Assembly (NCBI RefSeq): GCF_006345805.1
Contig: NC_042998.1
Span: forward strand, 174,592,001 to 174,656,000
Direction of reading: 5' to 3'
Origin: Octopus sinensis
Taxonomy: Eukaryota
Length of the DNA: 64,000 nucleotides
The translations under genes and the position numbers were made by a program. The notes beneath the pieces were generated by a model, which saw only the letters and a program-made list of their open reading frames with translations, was not told the DNA's origin and ran no database searches. This document shows positions 1 to 13,597 of the stretch, piece by piece (positions within the stretch are counted from its first letter, which is position 1; each line of letters starts with the position of its first letter).

Positions 1-1020
1 ATGAAAGTGCATTTATGGGAGATTGCTGAATGTGGAGAATTCCTTGGAAAAAGAGGGGCTTCCTCATGCTGATCCTACTCGGGTACCAGCAATTCAAGCT
101 GACAGCAGCATGTTAGATAAAGCTATTAAGGACCTGAAGAGAAAGTTAAGAGTAAACCACTATCTCTAGCATTTGTTGACTTGGAGAGGGTATTTGAAAG
201 GATACTACATTCAGTATTTGGTGGTCATTGAGGAATCTGTAACCAAATGGCTTGTGAGGGCTGTACAAGCTATGTACAATGATGCAATGAACAGTCGACA
301 AAGATTACAGTGACAAATTTAGCATGAAGGTAGGACTCCATCAAAGGTAAGCACTCTCTTTTTCATCATATTCCTGCAGCTTTCAGATTGGCTGTCTATG
401 GGAACCCCTGTATACTGATAGTCTAGTTCTCATAGCTAAATTTAGAGTAAAATTAGAGGAAATTTCAATCATGGAATCTAAACCAAGAATTAAGATGTCT
501 TGTGATAAACTTAGCATAGCCTATGGTATTAGTAAGTAGGAAAGAAGACAGGACTCTGATATCATCAGGGTTCTGCTCAATATGCTTAAAAGGAGTAGGT
601 ATAAACTACATATGTTGTACCCATTGTAAGATTTAGCACAGGAGATATAGTAGAACCTCAGGCAAAATAACAAAGTTGCAGATGTGACAGATGCACTGAA
701 GTAGTATGTGTTATGAGCATACCAGAAATATTCCCTTAAATGTCCAGATGGTTCACTAGAATTAGTGAATAGCTTTTTGTTACATGGGTGTAATTATCAA
801 GGGAGATCGTGGTTCAGAAAGTATTGCAGCCTGAATAAGAACAAGTTGGGAAAAGTTGAGGGAGCTTCTACCACTGCTGGAAACAAGTCTTTTCCTTCAG
901 AGTAGAAGTGTGACGTTTGTATTGGAACTGCAATGTTGCATGGTAATGAGTTTTGGAACTTAAATGCAGAGAACTTGAAGACTGGAAAGAAATGAAGCTA
1001 ACATTTACAGCATGTACTGA
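1..1020 (+). mobile_element. Decayed RTE-clade LINE, RT-domain fragment
   Basis: Broken frames give FVDLERVF, VGLHQG, LYTDSL (YADD-like), RIRTSWEKLRELLPLL; many stops and frameshifts. Confidence 0.7.
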
Positions 1021-1029
1021 GCATCTTTT

Positions 1030-1521
1030 CACCTGTTAAAGAAAGTATGGAGCACAAGTGTAATTTCAATAAAGAACAAAATAAGAATTTTTAACACTAA
1101 CGTAAAAGCGGTGTTATTGTATGGGGCTGAGACATGGCGAACAACAGTTAAGTCAAATAAGCAAATACAATCATTCATCAACAGATGCTAGCATAGTATA
1201 CTTAAAATTAGATGGCCCGAATACATAAGCAATATGGGGCTATGGCAAAGAACAAATCAAGTTTCGATTAGGGAGCAAATATTTAAGAAAAAGTGGAAGT
1301 GGATTGGTAGCACAATTAGAAAAGACACACCAAATGTAGCGAAAAGTGCTTTACAGTGGAAACTGGTTGGATATAGAAAGATAGGTAGGTCTAAGCACTC
1401 GTGGTGTAGATCAACACAAAAGGAACTAGAGAAAGGACATTCATGGCAGTGTAAGTACAGAAGTGAAAAATTATGTGACATGGAATTCAATTATGTGGCC
1501 TATACTCTGTTGGAGGGTTAA
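1030..1521 (+). mobile_element. Second RTE-type LINE C-terminal fragment
   Basis: RIFNTNVKAVLLYGAETWRTT...LWQRTNQ..IREQI..KKWKWIG.TIRK...ALQW; in-frame stop present. Confidence 0.75.
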
Positions 1522-2054
1522 AGGCAGGAAAAGAAAAAAAAAATTGTAATAACTGGTCAAATTGAGTAAGGTTAACTTACAATTAAAACTGAATTTCTTA
1601 CTTTTGAAATATTATTAATTAACTTGGAAGTGGTAATCCATCATTTGCATAGATCAGAAGGAATTTCTCAAGACACAATTTTCTCACAGCCAGATGCTTG
1701 TCACCTTCACCAAAGTCCAAGCAAAGTAATATTTCCCTATAACCAGACATGTTTTCATGGAAGACTGGAAATGAATGACACCATTTGTATGATGGTGATA
1801 CTCATTTGCAACCATCTCAAACACAGAGGCCTCTTTCAGTTTCTTTGATTGGCCTGGGGCTATAGAAGACATAAAAGATATTTATTCAAAGCAACCACAG
1901 ACATGGATGTATAGCTCAGTACTATTCTCAACCACATGGTTTATGGTTCAGTTTTGCTGCATGACACCTTGCACAAATGTCTGCTACTATAGCCTGTACT
2001 AAGCTTGGTTAATAAATTCAAATAGTACAGTCAACCAATTGTAGGCATCATTTG

Positions 2055-2205
2055 ATATATGTAGATGTGTGTGTGTCAGAATTGTCATCACTATATCTAT
2101 CTTATCTGTTCAGTGTTATATATATATATATATATATATGTATACACACACACACACACACACACACTTCTATATATGTGTATACACACACACACACACA
2201 CACAC

Positions 2206-2251
<46 letters not shown>

Positions 2252-2316
2252 GTGTCTGTATGTGTATAGATATGTGTATCTGTGTGTCTGTATGTATATA
2301 GATAGATATGTGTATC

Positions 2317-2354
<38 letters not shown>

Positions 2355-2360
2355 GCTACA
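2055..2360. repeat. Compound (TA)/(CA)/(TG) microsatellite
   Basis: Directly visible; internal duplication of cacacttctatata. Confidence 0.95.
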
Positions 2361-3997
2361 TGTATCTGTGTGATAGAATACTAATAGATTGTAGCTACAG
2401 CCTGCTGGTAGAAATTATACAAGAACTGCTTGAGTAATGTTTGATGCAAGAATTATTTGCTAAGTGTGAAATAGAAGTTATGCTAGTTGTTTCCTTAAGT
2501 CTGAATAGACAGCAATAAATGTTTGAATGATGCTTTAGAAAAAAAACCTTGTCAGAATTGTCATCACCACATCTATCTTATCTGTTCAGTGTTATCGGAA
2601 CAAAATTTGGTAGTCCATATTTCTAACTGCCATTATTCAGCTTAAATGTTGTACTTGAAAAGCCTTTTGCCAAGATAGTAAGTGGAAGATATATGGCAAG
2701 AAATATCAAACTGAAACTTGTTCAAAATTCTGCCTGTATCCAACATTTTTACATGAAATCATTTTCAAATATCGTATTTAGTTTGTATAGCTACACCATT
2801 TATTTTAAAGATATATATACTACACTTCTGTGTAAAAATTCTTATAAGAAACCAGACGTTTGGATAGGCTGCCCTTAAATATTCCACATATCATATTCTG
2901 GTAGTAATTACCGAAGTTAAGTCTACAAGCTGACTGAAATTGTACTTTGCCTTAACTCTCCAATCTCTCTCTCTATACATATGTGTGTATGTATTTTTAT
3001 CATATGTCATCGTTGTTGTTTTATAGCCACTTTCCTTGCAAACTGGTTTCCTAAAGTTGCAAGTTGTCATGCACATCACAAAAAAACTCAATGAACTTTA
3101 ACCACAACCCTTATTCTGTATACCATAACAATATCCCACGTGAACCCCAAAGAAGCCATTGCAGTGTTATCTAACTTACCTACCTACTACAATAATGAGG
3201 TCACTATTATTTGTTATGAGCATGGTCTACAGGTCTCATAGAAGCAGTCTTTCTATACATCTGCCAGTTCTAAGTGCATTGTGTAATTTGCCTTTGTTGC
3301 TTTGATGTCATCACCAAAGCAGTCATTCGTTAATAACAAATCTTTGTAATTGTGACTGTCACTTCAGTAATGGATTCTCATTAAGCATTTAAATTTTCAT
3401 CTCGGTTAAGATTGAAGTATTATAATTTTGTTTCTTTCAGCAGCATTACTTTTTTTTTATATAATCTTTTCCTAAACATTTAGTAAAGGACATGTGATCA
3501 CCTGATCAATTCTTGTTTACATGTCTGTCCCTTGAGCATTTATAAGACTTTTTTTTTTTATTTCTTGCCAAGGCATCGACCTTTTACCATTTTAAGGTCA
3601 TGAACATGTCAGGCATTAATAAGCAGGGTGAACAGAAACAGGAACTTGACATCAAAGAAAAGTGCACTCAACAGAAAGAAAAACCAGTAGTGCCAGTAAA
3701 GAGCTCCTTCATATGAAGTCACTGTATGTTTGACAACTCCCATGTGGGCCTCTACAGCCACAGTAGATACTGCACCACCATCAACAGCTGACATGTTTTT
3801 GGGGGTGCAGATCCATGGTCTCTTGAGACCAACAGATACATACTAATATTTCCTTTTTTCTAGATCTCTTGCAGTTCTTACTATAGACACATTTCTACCT
3901 AGTTTCTTCTCATTTGTTGTCATAGTTTTGTGTTAGTTATTTCCCATATCTGGACTGATGCATTAACGTTATTGCTAAACTATGGTATTGAAATCTA

Positions 3998-4401
3998 GGC
4001 AGAAACGTTAGCACGTTGGGCGAAATGCTTTGCAGTATTTCGTCTGCTGTTACGTTCTGAGTTCAAATTCTGCCGAGGTCGACTTTGCCTTTCATCCTTC
4101 AGGGTCGATAAATTAAGTACCAGTTACGCACTGGGGTCGATGTAATCGACTTAATACCTACGTCTGTCCTTGTTTGTCCCCTCTGTGTTTAGCCCATTGT
4201 GGGCAATAAAGAAATAGGTATTTCGTCTGACATTACGTTCTGAGTTCAAATTCCGCCGAGGTCGACTTTGCCTTTCATCCTTTCGGGGTCGATAAATTAA
4301 GTACCAGTTACACACTGGGGGTCGATGTAATCGACTTAATCCCTTTGTCTGTCCTTATTTGTCCCCTCTGTGTTTAGCCCCTTGTGGGTAGTAAAGAAAT
4401 A
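3998..4401 (+). mobile_element. tRNA-derived SINE (family B), head-to-tail dimer, 12-bp TSD GGTATTGAAATC
   Basis: B-box GAGTTCAAATTC, body GGTCGACTTTGCCTTTCATCCTTTCGGGGTCGATAAA present twice; TSD at 3984-3995 and 4402-4413. Confidence 0.85.
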
Positions 4402-6375
4402 GGTATTGAAATCAGTGCCTGTCACTTCTATTGTTGATTAAGGTAGATACCAGCCATATATTAGAATTGATTTATTTGACAATGCTTCTTAAATTATTTG
4501 GCCTTCTGCTAAAAATTACAATCTATTATGGATAGTCATGAATTTTGAAAAAGTCTGAGCACCAGACTAAATTCCTTAGTTTCATATTTCCATAATCAAA
4601 TACTCCTGGTGTTGAGCTACTTTGTACTCTTCTGTTGTTCAGTACCCTGGCTTATACTCTCTTCATTGTATATAAAACTGTCAAGTGGAATTAGCAGGCA
4701 TTGTAAATCAGTAGCTAGAGCACTCTTAAGTATTCAAAGTTTCACCAAGATTAACTTAGTCTCTTATTTCCTTATGTAGCCAGTAAGTACCAGTAATATG
4801 CAAATATTGATATTATCTAGTTTAAAGATTTTATTCATTGTAATTGCTTTCCTTCCATATTCCTGAAACCTGATAGTTTCTTGAACCAATACTTAACATC
4901 CAAATTGGAATTCTGAGGCAAGTTTTGATTCATAGCAAACACTGGAGGCCAGAGAAATCTTGAGACATAAACATTATAAAAATATTCCAGTAGGTTGCCT
5001 ATCATGATAAACATTCACAACATTATGAGTATAGTTATAATTGTGCTTCTGACAGGAATATCTATGCTGTTTGATTTGCTACTTTGTATGTCAGATCATC
5101 ATTTAACATCCATTTTCCATGCTAGCATGGGTTGGACTGTTCAACAGGGGTCTGGGAAGCCGGAAGGCTGCGCCAGGCCCAGTCTGATCTGGCAGTGTTT
5201 CTACAGCTGGATGCCCTTCCTAACGCCAACCACTCAATGAGTGTAGTGGGTGCTTTTTACGTGCGCGTGCACAGGTGCTAGACGAGGCTGGCAAACGGCC
5301 ACGATCAGATGGTGCTTTTTATGTGCCACCGGCATGGGGGCCAGACGAGGCTGGCAAATGGCCACAATCAGATGGTGCTTTTTACGTGCCACCAGCACGG
5401 ATCTTTGTATAAATTAATTTTGAGTGAACAAAACAAACCAGGTCTGGTCAGCGTTTGTGAGAGATGCAGCATTGAGGATGAATGAAGCTAGCTCAACCCA
5501 CCCCGAGTGAATGCTGTCTCAAGACAAGAAAGAATTGAATACTGGGAATTAAAAACCAGAGTTCTTAGTCAGCCATTTTATTTCCTTTAGGAAAGACGTG
5601 GGTATTACTTTTCTACCTTCACAGAATTCAAAAGTCAAATATTGGCCAAAGAGCAATCACCCTGTCAACAATAACACTGCAAACAGTAGCCAAGTACTTA
5701 AATTGCACTTTAGAAACTGTAATTTTAATTATATAGACGTAAATTTATCTTTAGATACAATGATGAAGATATAACTGATAGTTCTGCTTTCATTCAATAA
5801 GCATGATATCCTAGTTCACCTACAATGTACACACAATACCCTGGCTCTCCCTCAGTATACACACAGTATCTTAAACATGGTCACTGCTGTAAAAGTGGAC
5901 ATTTTAAATACAACTAGAACTGAAATTCACTATCAAATAAAGCATAAGGAACGTATTTTTCACTTACTGCCTCACTTGTTCATTACTTTATCATTAATTT
6001 ATAACTTTAAACTAATTATTTTATTAGCTTTCTGTTCTAATTCATGTTGGATGCATTTGTAATGCGTCTTCTGATGAATCTCAGTATTAGATTTGACTTT
6101 TTAAATAATTTGTTCCCCCCCCCCAATTACTAATCAGGTTTGGTAAAATCGTTTTTGGCAAAATACCAGTTTTCTAATTTAGGGCTTCCTCTTGCCAAAT
6201 CAGCTGAAATAAGAATTTGATCAGGTGACTACATATAAACTAATCGGTATTTCTCATTAAATGGCATGGAACAATTTTCTAACAATTGGTTATGATTTGT
6301 AATATTTTAATATTAAAGACTTTTTTTGTCTTTTGCATTTCAAAGATTACAAATTTAACATTTCTTTCTTTTCAG

Positions 6376-6569
6376 TTTCCCAGTTTGTTATTCTTTGGAA
6401 ATTCACCCTCTTGAGATTTTTAATAATGATGGTGTGAACTTGGAACATCTAATTAGTACAATACCTGGTATCAAAATTTCGAGTGGAAAATTGGGAGTGA
6501 AGAAGATTCAATATGTAGAGAGCAAGTCGAATCAATTTGTTTTATCAAGCCACAATTCCAACATCAATG
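6376..6569 (+). CDS. MARF1: MARF1 exon (C-terminal half of a LOTUS domain)
   Basis: ttttcag acceptor, reads FPVCYSLEIHP...GVNLEHLISTIPG..., donor G|GTAAAT, ends phase 1. Confidence 0.85.
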
Positions 6570-8709
6570 GTAAATCAAGATCTTTGTTTCTCATCTCTCC
6601 ATTATTTTCAGAATTTTAATTTTTCTACAGGATTTCAAAGCTCTATAGACTAAACATGTACCTAGAGTCAGTCTTACAACAAAACTATTTGACCAGCTAG
6701 AGATAGCAGCCAAATCTCACTCGTATAACACATAGAAAGGAGATAATAGATATTGTAGTTCTAGGTACACTATGCCTGAAAAAAAATCTTAGCTTGATTA
6801 CCTTTGATAATAGTCTGCTCAGTTAGAGCTGGCCTAGGGCTAAAGAACAGTAACTCAGGTGGGAGAAAATACCTGGACTATTGAAGGAACGATTGTGAGT
6901 CTAACAAGTTGGAATTTATTGAATCAAATTGTCCTTCAATTGGATATTTACCTAGTTATTTATGTTACCTGTCTCTGAAAGGTGTTCTGTATAGTAAAGC
7001 TGAACTAAAAGTCTTCTGACTCTAAATAGGATGATAGCCTGAATTAGGTTATATCATAAGAGTATTGCAACTCACACTTGCATGTTAATGAAACCTCTGT
7101 CTCACACATACTGTTGTGAACTGCAGCTTTCAATGATTTGGCTAGGTGTGCACTCAGCTTTGAGAAAAGTTTCTTGTCCAAAAATAGAACATCATCTATA
7201 ATAAAATATAGACTGTCAACCAGTAGAGAAATGTTGGTTAATCTATAAGATGTAGTGTATTAAATGCTTCATATTCCATTTCTTCATTTAACATCTACTA
7301 TTCCATGCTTGCATGGGTCAGACAGAATTTGTTGAGGCAGATTTTCTATGGCTGGATGCCCTTTCTGTCATTCACACCTGCTTCTAAGCAAAGTAATATT
7401 TTTTCTGTAGCCAGACGCATTTTTCACAGAAGACACAAAACTAACAATATTGCTTGTATAACAGTGATGCTCATTTACAACCACAGTGTCAAGACAAGGA
7501 CACACACACTAGTTTCTTTGTTTTTCTACCAAATCCATTCACAAGGCTTTGGTCAACCTAGGGCTGTAGTAGCAGGCTCTTGCTCAAGGTGCCATGCAGT
7601 GGGACTGAACTCAAGATCATATACTTAGGAGGCAAGCTTTTTAGCCACAGAACCATGCCTGTGCCTATGAAGCAATATTTAGTTTTAGAACAACTTGTGG
7701 CTTGACTTTGATAAAATATAAATTCTATTTTTTTTTTTTAGTGTTTGATTTTGAATTATCATTCCCTTCCTATATTAGAAAATGTATATAAATCTAGACA
7801 GTGGAATATTCTTTCAAATTCCAAATTATATATATATAGCGAAATTAGTTCTTCATTGTTTAGCCCTGATCAGACAGACCTATTATCAAAACTATTTCTA
7901 GATACGACGACCCTATTTTTTCAGATATTGAACTTTAGATGCATTGTTTTGTTTCATTGTTGTGCTATATCTACTTTTTAGCCATCACTTTTTATGAATG
8001 GATGTTAACATATCTCTATATACAATTCTCTTTGTGATAGGGAAGCTAGAAATAGCCAAACATACTTCAACCCTTGAATTAGGATTTCGTCAGCTATTGT
8101 ACTCCATCTTTTACTGTTGGTTAAAAAAAATCTGTTAAATTATATTGTACAATATGGCAATGAAACAAAGCATTTAACACAACAGTAATCATATTTGAAC
8201 TTGCTGCTTAGAAAGCATTATACATTCAAATTAGGCTATCCAGTTTACTTAACAGTGGGTTATAAGCAGTGTACTCATGAATTGTATAAAGTGTGCACAA
8301 TCCCTGATAAAAACTAAATCCATGGATTGAAACATGGTAAAAGTATGTTTTCACATTTGTTAAATACAGAGTTAGCTTCAAATAAATAAAATATCTATAG
8401 ATATGATGCAGTATACAAATGTCATATCAAATCCATCAAGAACTGGATCATCCAGCTTTTCTTTTTAGGTAGCAGGTTGCCAAATGTTTTACATCTCTCA
8501 ATACTGGGGAAAATATTTTTTTGTTTTTTAAGCTTGTTACTGATATTGGAAGTACTTTTCTGATTGTTCCCATCTATATCATTTACTAATGTTGAATGGA
8601 ATATCATTTACTTGATGCGTAATATTTGAATTTTATATAAACATTGTTGTTAGAGATGTAAAGTTTTTTATTGGAATGTTTTCTAATAAAGATATTGATT
8701 TCAATGCAG

Positions 8710-8939
8710 ATATGGCTGAATGTACTTATACACCTCCGAATAATTCCTCTTTTACACAACAACTTAATCAGATCAGTAGAGAAGTGGTAGATCTGCTTAA
8801 ACATGCACCAAACTACCAGGTACCTTTCAGTAAATTTATTCCAGAATATCACCACCATTTTGGTCGACAATGCCGAGTAGCTGACTACGGCTATACGAAA
8901 TTAGTGGAACTTTTGGAGGCCATTCCTCACGTTGTACAG
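8710..8939 (+). CDS. MARF1: MARF1 exon (LOTUS domain); alternative in-frame acceptor at 8692 possible
   Basis: tgcag|AT ATG...; [55 protein letters not shown]|GTTAGT; starts phase 1, ends phase 0. Confidence 0.92.
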
Positions 8940-8969
8940 GTTAGTATCTTGAAAAGATCTTTCTTTCTC

Positions 8970-9170
8970 TTTTCTCCTTTACTTGTTTCAGTCATTTGAC
9001 TGCGGCCATGCTGGAGCACTGCCTTTAATCGAGCAACTCGACCCCGGGACTTATTCTTTTGTAAGCCCAGTAGTTATTCTATCGGTCTCTTTTGCCGAAC
9101 CGCTAAGTAACGGGGACATAAACACACCACCATCGGTTTTCAAGCAATGCTAGGGGGACAAACACACACA

Positions 9171-9212
<42 letters not shown>

Positions 9213-9390
9213 TACACATATATACGACGGGCTTCTTTCAGTTTCCGTCTACCAATTCCACTCACAAGGCTTTGGTCGGCCCGAGGCTATAGTAGAAGAC
9301 ACTTGTCCAAGGTGCCACGCAGTGGGACTGAACCTGGAACCATGTGGTTGGTAAACAAGCTACTTACCACACAGCCACTCCTGCGCCTAT
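8970..9390 (-). mobile_element. tRNA-derived SINE (family C) with central (TA)/(CA) microsatellite
   Basis: Minus-strand head GGCGCAGGAGTGGCTGTGTGGTAAG..GGTTCAGTCCC, CCTTGGxCAAGTGTCTT domain, 3' GCTCCAGCATGGCCGCAGTC; homologous to 22200, 23810, 30984, 53660. Confidence 0.85.
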
Positions 9391-9492
9391 TTGTTTACTT
9401 TTTTTTTTGTACTTTCATTTGGGGTGGTGGAAGTTTCCTATTTTCTCTTATTCTTTAATAATGTCATGTTAAATATTGGTAACATTTATTAG

Positions 9493-9631
9493 ATCCTTGG
9501 AAATGGTGAAAAGCGAGTACTTACACTAAGCCACAAAGCGCAAATACGTCGGTTTACAGCAGATCTATTGAAAGTTTTAAAACTTCAAAGCAATAAGGAA
9601 ATAAGCCTTTCAGAATTTCCTTCAGCTTATG
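9493..9631 (+). CDS. MARF1: MARF1 exon (LOTUS domain N-half)
   Basis: ttattag|ILGNGEKRVLTLSHKAQIRRFTADLLKVLKLQSNKEISLSEFPSAY+G|GTAAGA; 139 nt. Confidence 0.92.
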
Positions 9632-10149
9632 GTAAGAAATTTAACTTAATTCTCTTTGTTGTACATAAATTACAAATTTCTTTCACTTGAAGAACATACA
9701 TGTTTGATTTTATCATAGTCTTGTATTCTTTCATTTCTTTGACTTTTAATTAATTACATGGGATAATTGATTGTTCAGAAACCTCTCCACTGCCCATTTT
9801 TTGTAAGATAGAGATTTAGTAAGATTAAAGAAATAATAGGTGGTAGTTTAAACTAATAGCTTTCAATGACATCAGTTATGTAATGCAAGTTAAATATTGA
9901 TGGTAAACTCTTGCATTAACCACTAAAGGATTAAGAAAGAGTTTTTGCTATTTTAGAACTTTGTGTTCTATTTTACATCGACGTATACATTATAAATGAT
10001 ATACACATCATTATTTTAGTCTAGTGTTGTCTATTGTGTATATCAATCCAAGTTATATATATTTATATATACAAAATGTAATGAGTAAATTGTCACCATT
10101 TTATATTTTTAATTTTGTGCATGTTCATTTTTTTTTTTTTTACTACACA

Positions 10150-11361
10150 ATATAGTAGGGCCAGTTGGGCACCATCTGTGAGCAAAACAGCACTATAACA
10201 CAATTTACACTTCAAGAAATTTGTAAACAACATACTGTACTGCTTGGCATTCATGCCAGAAGCTCTAATATGAACATTTCGGAGTGTTTGGGTGTCAATC
10301 TGAGGACAGTGCAGAGGATTTGGAAAGAGTTGGATGAGTCTAATGGTGATTACGAAGGTATGGTAACTTGGAAAACTCACTCTGGTCATTGTGATCTGAA
10401 AAGAACTCTTGAATTTGTTGGTGAGCTCTAAGCCATGATTGGCAACGATCCCTCCAAGTCAATCAGGTCCATCGCCAGGGACATGGAAGTTTCTTAACAG
10501 GCAGGTAGTGCATGAATACATTTGGTATTCCTCATACAAGATGAGAAATGGTTAATTTTTATCCCAAGCCATCAACAACAAGAGGAAAGACTGTGTGCTA
10601 CAAAGCTTTTCAACAAACTCAAGAATCTTTTCCAACCAAACATGCTTTGGTTTTTCTCAGATGAGAAAAATTTGTCAGAATCAGATGGTGAACACACAGA
10701 ACAACCATTGGCTTGCCTTGTCCCCAAAACATGTACCAAGAGTGATAAAAATCAAACATCCGGTCAACATCATGGTGTTTGGAGTGATCACTAATGATGG
10801 CAATGTTATACCTCCATTCATCTTCCCACACAGCCTCAGACTCAACATGGATGCCTATATCAAGTGGCTGGAGGTGGTAGTGCTACCTTGGATCAAGAGA
10901 GTGGCTGCTGGAAGACCCTATGTCTGGCAACAGGACTCTGCACCATGTCATATGAGCAGGAAAACCCAGTCATGGCCTTCAGACAATTTCTGTGACCACA
11001 TCACCCCTAACATCTAGCCACCTAACTCCCAAGACTGCAACTCCCTTGATTATGTGTGGGGTGCAGTTGAGTGAGAGACCAACAAAACTCCTTGTGACAC
11101 CAAAGATGACGATTGTGATAAAACTGAAGGCAAGCATTATAGCAGCATTCACCAACTTAAACAAAGAGACCATCCAGAAGAGTTGCAGGAGATTCCGAAG
11201 TTGTCTGGAGGCCATGGTTGGTGCCAATGGTGATTTTATTGAATGAATATACTCTTTAATATTTCAAGATATTTTTATGTAATTTTGGTAAATATATCTG
11301 TTAAAATGAGATGTTGGTTTTATTTTCATTTTTGCATAATTTAGACAGCAATTTACCGCAC

Positions 11362-11365
<4 letters not shown>
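10150..11365 (+). mobile_element. Decayed IS630-Tc1-mariner element, DD37D (maT-like) transposase
   Basis: Frameshifted ORFs: CLGVNLRTVQRIWKEL (HTH), WFFSDEK, VFGVIT, YVWQQDSAPCH...PPNSQDCNSLDY; 37 residues between the 2nd and 3rd D. Confidence 0.85.
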
Positions 11366-11394
<29 letters not shown>

Positions 11395-11727
11395 TGTGTG
11401 TGTGTGCATATATGCAATCTTGATTACTGATTTGGAAGCTATATCCCTGTGAAGTTTATCAAATTAATTCCTGGCAGTCAATGGTTTATGAAACAAAGGC
11501 CCAATTCAATTAAAACTTGGCTGGAGGATGAAAGTTTAGAACAAACAAGTGTTTAGACTGACTGATGAAAGCTACATTGGGAAGAATTCCAGCAGTCAGT
11601 CATTTCCTATTGTTATAAAGTGGACAGAAAAATAAGTAATATTCCATAAATTGTTTAATATTAAAATACTAAGTTCCGCTTATTGATTTGTTTTTTTTTT
11701 TCTCCTTTTCACTATTACCATCATTAG

Positions 11728-11819
11728 AGAGAATTCTAGAAAAACCATGGAATGTAAAAGAATATGGTGTTTGTTATATTGAAGATCTCCTCTCAGATAT
11801 TCCACCTGCTACATTATTG
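11728..11819 (+). CDS. MARF1: MARF1 exon (LOTUS domain C-half)
   Basis: cattag|(E)RILEKPWNVKEYGVCYIEDLLSDIPPATLL|GTAAAT; 92 nt, phases fit. Confidence 0.9.
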
Positions 11820-12357
11820 GTAAATCTCGGGTTTTTTTGTTTCATTTGCAGCCATTACAGCTAAGACAAGCACATTTTTTAGTCATTTTTCTTTTTCATT
11901 TTTAAACCATATATATTATAGAGCAAAATTATATTTTTTTCTTTGCTTAAAATAATTTGTGAGATTAACACATACTTTAGAGAGGAATTATTATGCCTAA
12001 TGTAAGCAAAATTCAAAACCTAATTTTTTTTTCTTTAGAGAATTTTAGATAGCTTTCTTAAACGAGTTATGTTAGAAGCTAAAATTAACTTCTGTCTTAT
12101 CTCTCTGATGAATTGGCATTTCTTACCACAACCATCTTGAGTTTATACGAGTTGAGTATTTTAAGAGTCAGACTTCAGATAACCACATTTACCACACTTT
12201 TCTTAAATTACACACCACTTATCTTATCCTTGAGCACTTTGAAAGTGATATCATTGGCCCTGACATTAGCAAATGTTATGACCATGCATTATGTAAGAAT
12301 TTTTTCGCTAACCTGACCAGTTATCAATTCTACCTGTCTTGGTCTGAAAGTGTATGC

Positions 12358-12404
<47 letters not shown>

Positions 12405-13554
12405 ATATAATGTGTGTGTGTGTGAGAGAGTTGGTATGTAAAAGCATGTGGTTGGATGTATAAAAAACTATAGAATCAAAAAACTACAGAAGACTTGTAT
12501 TATATGGCTAAAGAATATATTTAAATCATATTAAGAAAATGTTATCAAATTTTGTGTGCAGTGACATTGTTTTTGGAGAAATAACTGGTTTCGTATTTTT
12601 TCAAATTTCTCTAATTTTTACTGATATTGTGTCATCTCTTTGCTATATCTATATATATCTGTATGTATGTCTATAAATGTATGTATAGGTATATCTATTT
12701 ATCATCATCCTTTAATGTCCGCTTTCCATGCTAGCATGGGTTGGACGATTTGACTGAGGACTGGTGAACCAGATGGCTGCGCCAGGCTCCAATCTGATCT
12801 GGCAGTTTCTACTGCTGGATGCCCTTCCTAACGCCAAGAGTGTAGTGGGTGCTTTTTGGTGTCACCGGCACGAGGGCCAGTCTGGTGGTACTGGCAACAG
12901 CCATGCTCAAAATGGTGTTTTTTATGTGCCACCTGCACAGGAGTCAGTCCAGCGTTACTGGCAATGACCTCGCTCAAATGTTTTGTTCACATGCCAGTAA
13001 GGCGACGCTGGTAACGATCACGCTCAGATGGTGCTTTTTACGTGCCCACCAGCACGGAAGGCAGACAGCTGCTCAGGCATGCTTTCACTAAAGATTGGAA
13101 CCAAATAACACCACTTGTATGATGGTGATACTCATTTACAACTATCATGTGATGTCCAGTCAAGGCAGCTCACATATACACAGGCTTCTTTCAATCTACC
13201 AAATCCATTTACAAGGCTTTGGTCAGCCTAGGGCTATAATAGACACCTTTCCAAGGTGCTGAGCAATTGAACTGAACCTAAAACATGGTTGGAAAGGAGA
13301 ACACAACCACAGTTATACCTGCATCTCCAACATAGATCTTGTTCTCTGAGACTTAAAGTAAATACCACTGACATGATTAAGTGTTTATTAGGAAAATGTA
13401 TTGATGTTGCTCAATGTTTACAAATATAGAACATGTTGGACAATGTTCAACATTCTTATAAGTCTTATGATAAAGAAGTTTGAATTAAAGTAGATCATTT
13501 GTAGGTGGATATTTTGTCTGTTTGCATGTGATAGTGAAGGTTTTATAATTCCAG

Positions 13555-13597
13555 GTGGGAGAAGATTCAGACCCAGTCCTCTCAGCACCCAAAAGAA
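13555..13597 (+). CDS. MARF1: MARF1 micro-exon (43 nt linker)
   Basis: ttccag|VGEDSDPVLSAPKR+A|GTAAGT; bridges phase 0 to phase 1 as required; vertebrate equivalent ends ..IPKR. Confidence 0.85.

Noticed and set aside
1-6375. Upstream MARF1 exons (NYN, RRM, first LOTUS)
   Set aside because: No ORF with such motifs and splice sites found; region is RTE, SINE and microsatellite
11555-11612. CTGATGA motifs here and at 6071, 12106, 31647 (-), 54314
   Set aside because: No properly spaced stem II plus GAAA; not supportable as hammerheads
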